32,000 bases of DNA, taken from NCBI RefSeq assembly GCF_000829315.1, contig NZ_AP013028.1:360001-392000 (forward strand), given 5' to 3'. The notes below the pieces were generated by a model. The model saw only the letters and a list, made by a program, of their open reading frames with translations, was not told where the DNA came from and did no database searches. The DNA is from Wolbachia endosymbiont of Cimex lectularius. GTDB lineage: Bacteria > Pseudomonadota > Alphaproteobacteria > Rickettsiales > Anaplasmataceae. Positions 11,102 through 19,401 of the stretch are shown here, piece after piece; the stretch's first letter is position 1; the number at the start of each line of letters is the position of its first letter. Made by a program: the position numbers and the translations under genes.

Positions 11102-11227
11102 GTCGTTTAAGACATCACCCAACGCCGGATTTTAAAATAGAGAGTGGAATAACTAGCTACCTCGGGGTTTTATCGTCCTTTTCTTCTGCCTGGTAAATTT
11201 CTTAAATATTTATTATTAAAGTAGTAT

Positions 11228-11344
11228 CCTGGATCTCAGTATCAAGTACTGGGATGACAAGAAAAGGCTGTTTGGATGACACCATCATAAAGGAACCAGT
11301 GTCTGCTACTTGGATGACAAGATGAGGGATGCTGGAATAACACC
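11228..11344. repeat. Pile-up of four palindromic-element half-sites
   Basis: CCTGGATCTCAGTATCAAGTACTGGGATGACA, TTTGGATGACACC, CCAGTGTCTGCTACTTGGATGACA and GCTGGAATAACACC follow one another in the same orientation. Confidence 0.8.
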
Positions 11345-11424
11345 ATTGTTGACTGGCAAGATACTGTAAAAGTCCCAATAGTAGCCTTACCGTCAACGAT
11401 GAGCCTTCAGAATCTGTTGCTGGC

Positions 11425-14217
11425 TCACAACCACTCCCCTAGCCTTTCTAGTTGTTTATAGCTGTTAAACCTTAGGAATTTATCAAAATATGGAGAGGCA
11501 ATAAAGGGAGTGGCCTCTCTTAAATAATTAGATAAAAAATTCGGTAGATTATCTTGAAATTCCTGCATTTTTTGTCTGTAATCCTTCAAAGCAATAACCT
11601 TTATTTTATCATAGTCAAGTTTCCAATAAGCAAGTTCTGAAACTTCTCTTTTTGTTATATGTTCTACCGCTAAGGCTTGTAAAATTAATTGCGGAAAAAA
11701 TCCTGACATAACTTCTTCATTGGAAGGTGGTGAACCAAGTTTATAGTCTATAATTGCTACTTGCCCATTTGGCAGATATTCAACTCTGTCGCATCTTGCT
11801 GTCAGTGAAATTTTTTGTAACTTCTCTGTCATTCTATCCCTTTCTTTTTTCATGCAAGTAGCTGACATTGGACTCCTGTTTTCATTATACAATTGCTTAA
11901 AGTTTTCTGGATCCCAGTGTCTGGGCACTGGGATGACACCCTTCTTCTTAGTGGAAGTTGTACAGCATTCGCGCAGTTGCGTGTCATGCGCTGGAATGAC
12001 ACCAATATGAAATATCGGACAGGAAAAGCTCTTTTCCAACTCAACATAATTGCTTCGAGTCTCATCAAATTCGACAAAAGATTGAATTATCCTCTGCAAC
12101 CTTACCCACCACATATTTGAAAAATTAAACTGACTAGTCAAGAACGCTTCTCGTGCAATGCTCATCAGCGACTTTTTGTTGCGTAAATATCCTGCAAGAA
12201 TGTTGTGTACCATAGTGCCAAATTCCAATATCGATGGCTTAAAATTCAAGTCTCTTAATTGTTTAAGGTTCAGTATATATTCAACGTAAAATGAATAAGG
12301 ATTACGAATTAGCTTTTCTATTGCACTGCAAGACATCACCCGCATTTTTTCTTTTCTAACTTCGGTTTGAGGTTTTGGCATAGGCTGTGCACACGGAACA
12401 ACACATTCAGGTGTATTTAATATTCTTAGCCAATCGCGATAAGGATATTTTGATCCCTGTAACAGAATCTCTAAGCGCTGCAATAGAATTGGTTTCCTGT
12501 TGCTCAGTAATCTTGTGATGTATACTTTACTTGCACCAAATAAACTGCGCAGAGTATATAAAAAGCACCCCTGCTCCTCTTGCACGGAAGGAAGGTCGAA
12601 TTTTTCTCTCATCAGCGCATTCAAAAACGGATTTTGAAAACTTGGCATATCATAAAATCCAGCAAGTATTACAACTTTATTGTGATATAAACTGAATCTA
12701 TTGAAGTCGCTTGCTACAGAAAAAAACTCTTTCTTCACAAATAAGGTTAGGATTTGGCTATATAACTCTAGGGAACACTCAATCGTCATGTCCTCACATG
12801 CATTTAAGAAACCACGGGTAAAATTACTTACTTCATTATTTAGCCCTGAAAAATCTACCCAAGAAAGCAAATTAATACACTGCAAGTGAGCTGTTACCAC
12901 ATTAGAAACAGGGCAATTTATAGAATTAAGTAAAGGATTAAATATAACTTCTAACTTATTGATAATAATCAATATATCTTCTTTATATTTTAGCTTTTCA
13001 TGGGCATTAATAGCATTTATAATACTGCTTCGGCCGTTCGTACTGAAGCTGCGTAATATCTCTATCTCAAACTCAGATAGAATTCGAGTGTACTCTTCCT
13101 GAGTGTAACCAAAAGTCACTAGCCTATGTTTAAGAAGAGAAAGCAGTGCCACGCTGTTCCAATTTGAGGTCAAAACTTCAATACTATAAAGCAGAAGCGT
13201 TATGTAAGAATAGTTTTCCGACATGGAACACGCCATACGAGTTGCCAGTAATTTATCAAAGACAAACAAAGAAACGTTTTCATAACCTTCATTCTCTATA
13301 ATTAGTGACGTCACTTGTGCTTCTTCCTCCCTCGAATCACAAGTGATGACTTCGATATTTCCAATGCACTCATCGCTAACCTTGCTAAGATCAGCAGTTG
13401 TATCAAAGATGTAATCAATAATTTCGTTGTCCACAGTGTTCAAGCAGATAACATTTTTCCTATCTACATTTAAATAATCGAGCAGATCTTTCAGGCAATA
13501 TTGATAGTGTTTTTTATCAAGTGATTTCCAGTCTTTCTCTTCAATTTTCAGATTCAGGTTAGGTAAAATTATCTTCCCAAGTGGTAGGTCATATATAGCC
13601 TTAATCAATAACTTGTAGATTTCACCCTTTCCAATTCCAACAAAGATTATATGTTGATCTTTCTGCAGAGAGGCTATCATATTGTTTATGTAGTCACTTT
13701 TATGTTCTAGTATATCTACTACTCCCAGATCTTTTAAAGTGTTACTCCAGGTTTTGACAAGTAAGTTTATGAAATTCTCTATTTTCTTTGAGTGCTCATC
13801 GAACTGACAATAATCCGCTATTTGGGTATATTGGATCTTATCAAGTAGTGATGGCAAGCTATAAGCCAAGTCAATGGGAAAATTATCATTGTTTTCTTTA
13901 TTCCACTCCAATATGAATTGAATCAACAGCAGTGTCCTTTTTGTCGGCTTGATAACTTTAACTCTATCAAGATTTAATATTAAATCTTCTTCATCAATGC
14001 TCTCTAGCGAAACTATCTCTGGTAAAATTATGCATTTTTTAGCGCTGCAATTCTTGAATGCACTCAGCAACGCTATCACATCCCTCTTGCAAGGAAGGAT
14101 GACCTTTACCTTGGGAATTTCTTCTTTTCCATACTCAGAAAATATGTGCTGAGCCAGCACATCAAAAAAGGATTCATCTACCTCAGCAGTAAAAACTCTT
14201 CCCATAAAAAATGACAA
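11425..14217 (-). CDS. addB: AddB-like double-strand break repair protein (PD-(D/E)XK nuclease C-terminal domain)
   Basis: The N-terminus RVFTAEVDESFFDVLAQHIF...KVILPCKRDVIALLSAF matches the alphaproteobacterial AddB pattern. The C-terminal nuclease core is LTARCDRVEYLPNGQVAIIDYKLG. The tracked start is TTG at 14217; an ATG lies at 14205. Confidence 0.75.
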   Translation of the reverse strand: MSFFMGRVFTAEVDESFFDVLAQHIFSEYGKEEIPKVKVILPCKRDVIALLSAFKNCSAKKCIILPEIVSLESIDEEDLILNLDRVKVIKPTKRTLLLIQFILEWNKENNDNFPIDLAYSLPSLLDKIQYTQIADYCQFDEHSKKIENFINLLVKTWSNTLKDLGVVDILEHKSDYINNMIASLQKDQHIIFVGIGKGEIYKLLIKAIYDLPLGKIILPNLNLKIEEKDWKSLDKKHYQYCLKDLLDYLNVDRKNVICLNTVDNEIIDYIFDTTADLSKVSDECIGNIEVITCDSREEEAQVTSLIIENEGYENVSLFVFDKLLATRMACSMSENYSYITLLLYSIEVLTSNWNSVALLSLLKHRLVTFGYTQEEYTRILSEFEIEILRSFSTNGRSSIINAINAHEKLKYKEDILIIINKLEVIFNPLLNSINCPVSNVVTAHLQCINLLSWVDFSGLNNEVSNFTRGFLNACEDMTIECSLELYSQILTLFVKKEFFSVASDFNRFSLYHNKVVILAGFYDMPSFQNPFLNALMREKFDLPSVQEEQGCFLYTLRSLFGASKVYITRLLSNRKPILLQRLEILLQGSKYPYRDWLRILNTPECVVPCAQPMPKPQTEVRKEKMRVMSCSAIEKLIRNPYSFYVEYILNLKQLRDLNFKPSILEFGTMVHNILAGYLRNKKSLMSIAREAFLTSQFNFSNMWWVRLQRIIQSFVEFDETRSNYVELEKSFSCPIFHIGVIPAHDTQLRECCTTSTKKKGVIPVPRHWDPENFKQLYNENRSPMSATCMKKERDRMTEKLQKISLTARCDRVEYLPNGQVAIIDYKLGSPPSNEEVMSGFFPQLILQALAVEHITKREVSELAYWKLDYDKIKVIALKDYRQKMQEFQDNLPNFLSNYLREATPFIASPYFDKFLRFNSYKQLERLGEWL
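11907..12003. repeat. Palindromic-element insertion (two half-sites) inside the AddB-like ORF, read in frame
   Basis: CTGGATCCCAGTGTCTGGGCACTGGGATGACACC ... GTGTCATGCGCTGGAATGACACC. It is translated as GVIPAHDTQLRECCTTSTKKKGVIPVPRHWDPE just upstream of the nuclease core. Confidence 0.85.
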
Positions 14218-14304
14218 CTAGTATGATGTTTTATTGTACAGTAAAATATAAATGTGCTCACAGTTTCTTATGCTATTATATATTAAAATCTTTCATAACA
14301 TTAC

Positions 14305-17300
14305 ATGACAAACATCAGAATAGAAGTTTTAAACAAATGTAAGCAAATTGGCAATAGATGGCTAGTCAACGTTTATTTGATTTATATAAATAAAGAATTA
14401 CCATCAAAATTACATGAAGAAATCTGTGGGCTATTTTATAATGGAATTATACAAGATTGCCGCCATTACCTTTACAACAAAGATCTTGAAGAAGTTCAAT
14501 ATGATTTCATAGAACCGCAAGCTGAGTGGGGCTTGGAAATAAGCTTCTTGCCTGGCATGAACGATAATGTAGGCAACACGGCAAAACAGATTGTCAGAGA
14601 GTATTTAATTAGCAAAGGCTATATCGACCAGCCTGTCATCCCAGTGCTTGACACTGGGATCCAGAAAGAGAAAACGCAGATTCCAGCGTCACGCGCTGGA
14701 ATGACACCAATTGAGATCAAAGCAAGAAGTTCAAAATTGATCTTGGGTAAAGGGAGCATAGCAACCGAAGATGATATAGAATTCAACCCTATCACTGAGT
14801 ATTGCACGTTTATTTATAAGAAAAACGGCAATTGTCATTGGAGGCACTGCGGTAAACAAAATACCCCACCTGGTGTCATTCCAGCACGTGACGCTGGAAT
14901 CTATGGATCCCAGTGTCGGGGCACTGGGATGACAAGAGAGGGTACTGGGATGACAGAGAGCGGTACTAAATCTGTCAACCTCAATGTGAGTGACCAAGAG
15001 CTTGAAAAGATCAGCAGAGATGGAATCGATGGTAATGGCACTTTAGGGTTCTCTCTCGCAGCAATGAAAGCTATAAAGGATTACTTCAATAAACTTGGTA
15101 GAAATCCCTATGATATTGAACTTGAGTCCCTAGCGCAGACTTGGTCTGAACATTGTAAGCACAATATTTTTTGTTCTCCCATTGATGAAATAAAAGATGG
15201 CCTATATGCACATTATATTAAGCGTGCAACGCGTGAGATAAACTCTGACATATGCGTATCAGTTTTCTCCGACAACGCAGGAGGAATAATTTTTAACGAT
15301 GATTACTTGATTGTGGATAAAGTTGAAACTCATAATAGCCCTTCAGCTCTCGATCCATTTAGTGGAGCAATGACTGGAGTGCTTGGAGTTAACCGCGATA
15401 TACTGGGCTTTGGCAAAGGTGCAGTGCCTATAATGAATACCTACTATTTTTGCTTTGCCAAAAAAGCAAAAGGCAAACTTTATAGAGATAAAGAGCGCAC
15501 TGATGAAATTTTGCCACCAAAATATATCATGAAAGAAGTAATTCACGGTGTTAATGTTGCTGGCAATTGCTCTGGCATTCCAACACAACTTGGATCGGTA
15601 TATTTTGACGATAGATTTTGCGGAAAACCGTTGGTCTTTGTTGGAAGTGTTGGAATTATTCCGCGCAATATAAATAATGCACCTTCACACATTAAAAAGC
15701 CCCAAAATGGAGACAAAATTGTAATTATTGGTGGAAGGGTTGGAAGAGATGGAATTCACGGGGCAACGTTTTCTTCGGAGGCACTATCGGGAAACAGCCC
15801 TTCAACAGTTGTGCAAATTGGTGACCCTATAACGCAAAAAAAATTGTCCAATGCCGTCATAGAGGCAAGAGATCTTGGTCTTTACAATGCAATAACAGAC
15901 AATGGAGCGGGTGGCCTATCGTCGTCTATCGGTGAAATGGGAAAGAATGGATTTGAAGTCAATTTAAGCAAGGTTCCACTTAAAAACGATGGTATGGCCC
16001 TATGGGAAATATGGATATCAGAATCACAAGAGAGAATGACCTTAGCAGTGTCAGAAGAAAATCTGCCTGCGTTTAAGCAAATCATGAAAAAACACGATGT
16101 GGAAGTCAGCGTAATTGGAGAGTTTAATAGTACGGGTGTGTCAACAGTTCGATTCGCTTCCGCTTCACCGATAATGAATATCGAAACTGAGTTCCTACAT
16201 AATGGCAATCCTAAAATGCATTTACAGACAAAGCTGTGGTCTAAGGGGCCTACAGCACCCTTTTCTGTCATCCCAGCGCTTGAACAGGCTTTACCTATTT
16301 TTGAGAAATATTATGGTCCTGATCATTTTAAAGTTGTTAAACCACTGGCAGGTCTCACTGGAATCCAGAAAAAAGAAGAATGGATCCTAGTGTCAAGCAC
16401 TGGGATGACACCACATCAAGAAACTGAACTAAAAGAAATGCTGAGCAGACCAAACATTTGTGGCAAAGAGTTCATAGTGGTGCAATATGACCATGAAGTT
16501 CAGGGATCGTCAGTGCTGAAACCATTGCAGGGCAAAGGAAGAGTGTGTAGCGAAGCTGTTGTTTCAAGACCAGTTCTTTCTTCAAACAAAGGTGTTGTGA
16601 AATCACAGGGGTTTGGCTCAAGTTATGGGGAAATTGACACTTACCATATGGCAGCATGCGCGATTGACACTGCCATACGCAACTATGTAGCTGCAGGAGG
16701 AGATATAAATCATCTAGCGTTGCTCGATAATTTTTGCTGGTGTGATGCTCATAATCCAGAAAGGCTGTGGCAACTAAAGAGAGCCGCGGAGGCTTGTTAT
16801 GACTTTGCAACTGCATTTCAAACCCCATTCATATCCGGAAAAGATAGCATGTTCAACGACTTCAAAGGGTACGATGAAAATGGCAAGGAAGTGATGATCT
16901 CTGCGCCACCTTCATTACTTATTTCAGCAATTGGAGTTATAGAAAATATTGAAAATGCGGTATCACTTGACGTGAAGATGCCAGGAGACTTGATATATGT
17001 GCTTGGTATAACATACGACGAACTTGGTAGATCTGAGTATCAGTTATACAGTGGAATAGATAATAACAACGTACCAAAAGTCGATGCAAAGAGCGCCAGG
17101 AAGTTGTATGAGTGCTACAACCTTGCAATAAAAGATGGCATAATTGCTTCTGCAATTGCACCAAATCTGGGAGGATTGGCTGTTGCTCTGGCAAAATCGC
17201 TAATTGCAGGAGATCTCGGTGCTGAAATTGATCTCTCACTAGTGCCAGTAGGGAAAACACAAAATACAGATATAATAAACAAGATAATAATGTTTTCTGA

Positions 17301-17481
17301 ATCCCAAAGTAGAATTTTGGTTACTATTGCCCCGCAAAATCAGCAGAGATTTGAAGAATTGTTTAAAGGTATAGCTTTTTCGTGTATCGGCAAAGTGACA
17401 GAGGAAAAAACCCTAAATATAAAGGGTATCTTAAAAGTAGATCTAAAAGATTTAGGGAACAGCTATCGTAGCATAGTATAG
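14305..17481 (+). CDS. purL: Phosphoribosylformylglycinamidine synthase PurL with PurS-like N-terminal domain
   Basis: Core motifs are ETHNSPSALDPFSGAMTGVLGVNRD, GRDGIHGATFSS, ITDNGAGGLSSSIGEM and SESQERM. The N-terminal ~110 aa carry a PurS-like LPGMNDNVGNTAKQI motif. Confidence 0.95.
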   Translation: MTNIRIEVLNKCKQIGNRWLVNVYLIYINKELPSKLHEEICGLFYNGIIQDCRHYLYNKDLEEVQYDFIEPQAEWGLEISFLPGMNDNVGNTAKQIVREYLISKGYIDQPVIPVLDTGIQKEKTQIPASRAGMTPIEIKARSSKLILGKGSIATEDDIEFNPITEYCTFIYKKNGNCHWRHCGKQNTPPGVIPARDAGIYGSQCRGTGMTREGTGMTESGTKSVNLNVSDQELEKISRDGIDGNGTLGFSLAAMKAIKDYFNKLGRNPYDIELESLAQTWSEHCKHNIFCSPIDEIKDGLYAHYIKRATREINSDICVSVFSDNAGGIIFNDDYLIVDKVETHNSPSALDPFSGAMTGVLGVNRDILGFGKGAVPIMNTYYFCFAKKAKGKLYRDKERTDEILPPKYIMKEVIHGVNVAGNCSGIPTQLGSVYFDDRFCGKPLVFVGSVGIIPRNINNAPSHIKKPQNGDKIVIIGGRVGRDGIHGATFSSEALSGNSPSTVVQIGDPITQKKLSNAVIEARDLGLYNAITDNGAGGLSSSIGEMGKNGFEVNLSKVPLKNDGMALWEIWISESQERMTLAVSEENLPAFKQIMKKHDVEVSVIGEFNSTGVSTVRFASASPIMNIETEFLHNGNPKMHLQTKLWSKGPTAPFSVIPALEQALPIFEKYYGPDHFKVVKPLAGLTGIQKKEEWILVSSTGMTPHQETELKEMLSRPNICGKEFIVVQYDHEVQGSSVLKPLQGKGRVCSEAVVSRPVLSSNKGVVKSQGFGSSYGEIDTYHMAACAIDTAIRNYVAAGGDINHLALLDNFCWCDAHNPERLWQLKRAAEACYDFATAFQTPFISGKDSMFNDFKGYDENGKEVMISAPPSLLISAIGVIENIENAVSLDVKMPGDLIYVLGITYDELGRSEYQLYSGIDNNNVPKVDAKSARKLYECYNLAIKDGIIASAIAPNLGGLAVALAKSLIAGDLGAEIDLSLVPVGKTQNTDIINKIIMFSESQSRILVTIAPQNQQRFEELFKGIAFSCIGKVTEEKTLNIKGILKVDLKDLGNSYRSIV
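14635..14708. repeat. Short palindromic element in purL, insertion 1, in frame
   Basis: GTCATCCCAGTGCTTGACACTGGGATCCAG-aaagagaaaacgcag-ATTCCAGCGTCACGCGCTGGAATGACACC, translated [25 protein letters not shown]. Confidence 0.9.
14872..14955. repeat. Short palindromic element in purL, insertion 2, in frame, with a duplicated right end
   Basis: GGTGTCATTCCAGCACGTGACGCTGGAATC-tatg-GATCCCAGTGTCGGGGCACTGGGATGACA-agagaggGTACTGGGATGACAGAG, translated GVIPARDAGIYGSQCRGTGMTREGTGMTE. Confidence 0.9.
16267..16412. repeat. Composite palindromic element in purL, insertion 3, in frame
   Basis: GTCATCCCAGCGCTTGAAC ... CTCACTGGAATCCAG-aaaaaagaagaa-TGGATCCTAGTGTCAAGCACTGGGATGACACC, translated VIPALEQ...GLTGIQKKEEWILVSSTGMTP. 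Confidence 0.8.
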
Positions 17482-17568
17482 AATATTTTTTTTATTATGC
17501 TAAATAACTCTTTTACTATAAGCAATGTTTATTTAGAATGGATGTATGTTATTAAATTTTGGTAGATT

Positions 17569-18081
17569 ATGTCTATTTTATCAATACTCTTGTTCATCAG
17601 TCTTTCTTTACTTAACAATTCAAATAAATTGATGATATGCGCTGCCCTAGTTACGGGAGCTGCTCTAGCTGTAAATTCAATGGTTAAGTTCTACGGCAAA
17701 AGAGAAGCTATATGTAGCTTAATAACGTGCACAGTGTTATGTTGTGTTCTTAAATGGCAAAATTTTAGCCCAATGATACTAATTTCATACACCGCAATTT
17801 TAGTATCCCTTCTTTCAAGTATCATTATTTTTGAAAAATTAAAGTCTAGGTTTGACTTTCATATAACAAATTTCATTGCTTTAATTATAGCATCAGTAGT
17901 TGACAGTACTGTTGTATATGTCGGGTTACTACACAAATTCCCCGCAGGTAAATGCTTATCGATATACATTAGAGATTTAGCTTTCAAATTTTCTTGTATA
18001 TCAATATTAAGTATCTGCTTACTAGTAGCAACACGTTTATTCCGCTGGGCAAAGAAGAAGCATATTAAGCTTTTCGCGTAA
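17569..18081 (+). CDS. Small multi-pass membrane protein (possibly VUT/YhhQ-like)
   Basis: 170 aa with 4-5 hydrophobic helices. ASVVDSTVVY and RDLAFKFSCI resemble YhhQ-family motifs, but this is a weak impression only. Confidence 0.5.
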   Translation: MSILSILLFISLSLLNNSNKLMICAALVTGAALAVNSMVKFYGKREAICSLITCTVLCCVLKWQNFSPMILISYTAILVSLLSSIIIFEKLKSRFDFHITNFIALIIASVVDSTVVYVGLLHKFPAGKCLSIYIRDLAFKFSCISILSICLLVATRLFRWAKKKHIKLFA

Positions 18082-18089
18082 CCTGTTTT

Positions 18090-18112
18090 CGTGGCAGTAG
18101 TGCCACGTTTCT
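18090..18112 (+). terminator. Candidate intrinsic terminator
   Basis: CGTGGCA-gtag-TGCCACG followed by TTTCT, 9 nt after the stop of the 170-aa ORF. Confidence 0.45.
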
Positions 18113-18225
18113 CAAGCCACATCGCCAGTAAACGTTGGCTAAGCTTAAATCTGCTACAGTAACTTCAAAATATATTGACTTTATGTACAATATTAGCTTT
18201 AAACCAGTAAAGTAGGTTTCAACAC

Positions 18226-18876
18226 ATGCGCTTTCTTTGTTCTAACTATGTTCTTTTTTTGTCTTTATGTTATCTTTCATTTTTTCTGTTACCTTCAATA
18301 GAGGCCCAAACAAACGATACGCCAGCAGCAAAATTTGCCCCCACACCACAAAGGAAAAAAAAGGTAGTTGAGCAACTGAGTACCGACGTTATGAAACAAA
18401 CAGCACAACCGAGGCAAATCATAGAAATGCAAGAAGAAGTCAACATTGACGAAAGCAGTCCAATTCCAAAAAGAAAAAAAAGTGTAGGTACAAAGCCGGA
18501 AGATGCAGTAAAGCCTAGAGAAACAGAGAATGAAATAAAAAGCGAAAAGAGTGTTGAGAGCAAAAAGAACGAGTTAGTTGTAGCAGAAATTATTAACTCT
18601 ATAAGAGAAAAGCTAACAAAATGCTGGAGTATCCCTGAAAGTGTAGCTTACAAAGAAAATTTTAGTATAAAAATCAATCTATTATTATCCAATCAAGGTG
18701 AAATAATTATGGCTGATGTAGCAGACAGTAGCTCCTACAAAAATAATCCACTTTTCAGGTCAATAGCAGATAGTGCAATGCGTGCAGCATATAAATGTAG
18801 CCCAATAACTGGCTTGCCTGCCAAGCATTACCACATTTGGCGTGAAGTGACACTAGACTTTATTCTAAATGGGTAA
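18226..18876 (+). CDS. TolA/TonB C-terminal-domain-like envelope protein
   Basis: It has an N-terminal signal/anchor and a Lys/Glu/Pro-rich linker. The C-terminal part LTKCWSIPE...FSIKINLLLSNQGEIIMADV...SADSAMRAAYKCSPITGLP fits the TolA/TonB C-terminal fold pattern. Confidence 0.55.
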   Translation: MRFLCSNYVLFLSLCYLSFFLLPSIEAQTNDTPAAKFAPTPQRKKKVVEQLSTDVMKQTAQPRQIIEMQEEVNIDESSPIPKRKKSVGTKPEDAVKPRETENEIKSEKSVESKKNELVVAEIINSIREKLTKCWSIPESVAYKENFSIKINLLLSNQGEIIMADVADSSSYKNNPLFRSIADSAMRAAYKCSPITGLPAKHYHIWREVTLDFILNG

Positions 18877-18916
18877 AATCTTACAAAAAACTGCTCACAT
18901 GCAATCCAAGTAGCTC

Positions 18917-18948
18917 ATAGAAATAGAACTAAAAAAACTACTTGACAA
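18917..18948 (+). repeat. Relic of the element promoter end (A-tract plus TTGACA only)
   Basis: ATAGAAATAGAACTAAAAAAACTACTTGACA matches the 5' end of A1 (ATAGAAACAAAAAAACTACTTGACA). No -10 box or mini-ORF follows. Confidence 0.5.
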
Positions 18949-19040
18949 ATTTCTCCGTATCTGTTCAACGGAATGATAAAATGAGATAGACAAGATGCTC
19001 TAAAAAAGTAATCATATAGTAAAAGTGAGTTTACAGCAAA

Positions 19041-19066
19041 GGGTGTCATGCTAGTGCTTGACACCC
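19041..19066. repeat. Solo hairpin related to the palindromic elements
   Basis: GGGTGTCA-tgctagtgct-TGACACCC. Confidence 0.7.
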
Positions 19067-19110
19067 AGCTGTACGAACATTGCAATTAGCAGGTAATTTG
19101 CGTAACAGAC

Positions 19111-19250
19111 GGTGTCATGCCAGTGCTCGACACTGGGATCCAGCCTTTCCATAATATCAAAACGTCGTATTTTAACATAAAACAGCTACTTTTATACTCA
19201 CAAACTTAATAAAATTCCTGGATGCCAGTGTCGGCTACTTGCATGACACC
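19111..19250. mobile_element. Full-length MITE-like palindromic element (140 bp) with ~33-bp terminal inverted repeats
   Basis: The left end is GGTGTCATGCCAGTGCTCGACACTGGGATCCAG and the right end is CCTGGATGCCAGTGTCGGCTACTTGCATGACACC. The non-coding core CCTTTCCATAATATCAAAACGTCGTATTTTAACATAA... is shared with 26991..27124. Confidence 0.8.
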
Positions 19251-19401
19251 CTAGTGGTAGGCTCAAATCACAATGTTCGTACAGTTGTGACTTGATGGTA
19301 GAAATTGTAGAGAGAAATTTTATACACAATCGCTGACATTTTTCCTTAAGTTAACGTCATTGCCTGAATAGATACAATGCTTTTGTTTCTTAAAACTTGA
19401 A

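Larger units (their letters stand above)
10893..11207 (+). repeat. Promoter-plus-mini-ORF element, copy A1
   Basis: By-eye alignment, roughly 85-90% identical to the reverse complement of 27344..27651. It is more distantly similar to the reverse complement of 21364..21680. Confidence 0.75.

Noticed and set aside
11150-11207. The conserved 3' module of the repeated element as an intrinsic terminator
   Set aside because: The only stems I can draw before the T-runs are 3 bp (ACC-TCGG-GGT in A1), and they are not conserved in A2, A2' or A3.
11202-11396. 64-aa minus-strand ORF
   Set aside because: It is built almost entirely from palindromic-element half-sites (IPVLDTEIQ, VIQVADTGS), which are stop-free in several frames by construction.
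14619-14997. Possible CRISPR-like array, because ~30-bp palindromic units recur at short intervals
   Set aside because: The units differ in sequence subtype and orientation and are irregularly spaced. They lie inside an open housekeeping ORF (purL), and the same units occur singly elsewhere. There are no cas genes in the window.
18877-19401. A hidden structured RNA gene (tmRNA, RNase P, SRP or 6S) in the large intergenic regions here and at 21241..21801, 26683..27858
   Set aside because: I could not find the conserved cores I know by eye (GAGGAAAGTCCGGGC-type RNase P motif, SRP GGAA/AGCAG helix 8 motif, or a tmRNA tag ORF). The regions are explained by repeat elements. A covariance-model scan would be needed to exclude this fully.
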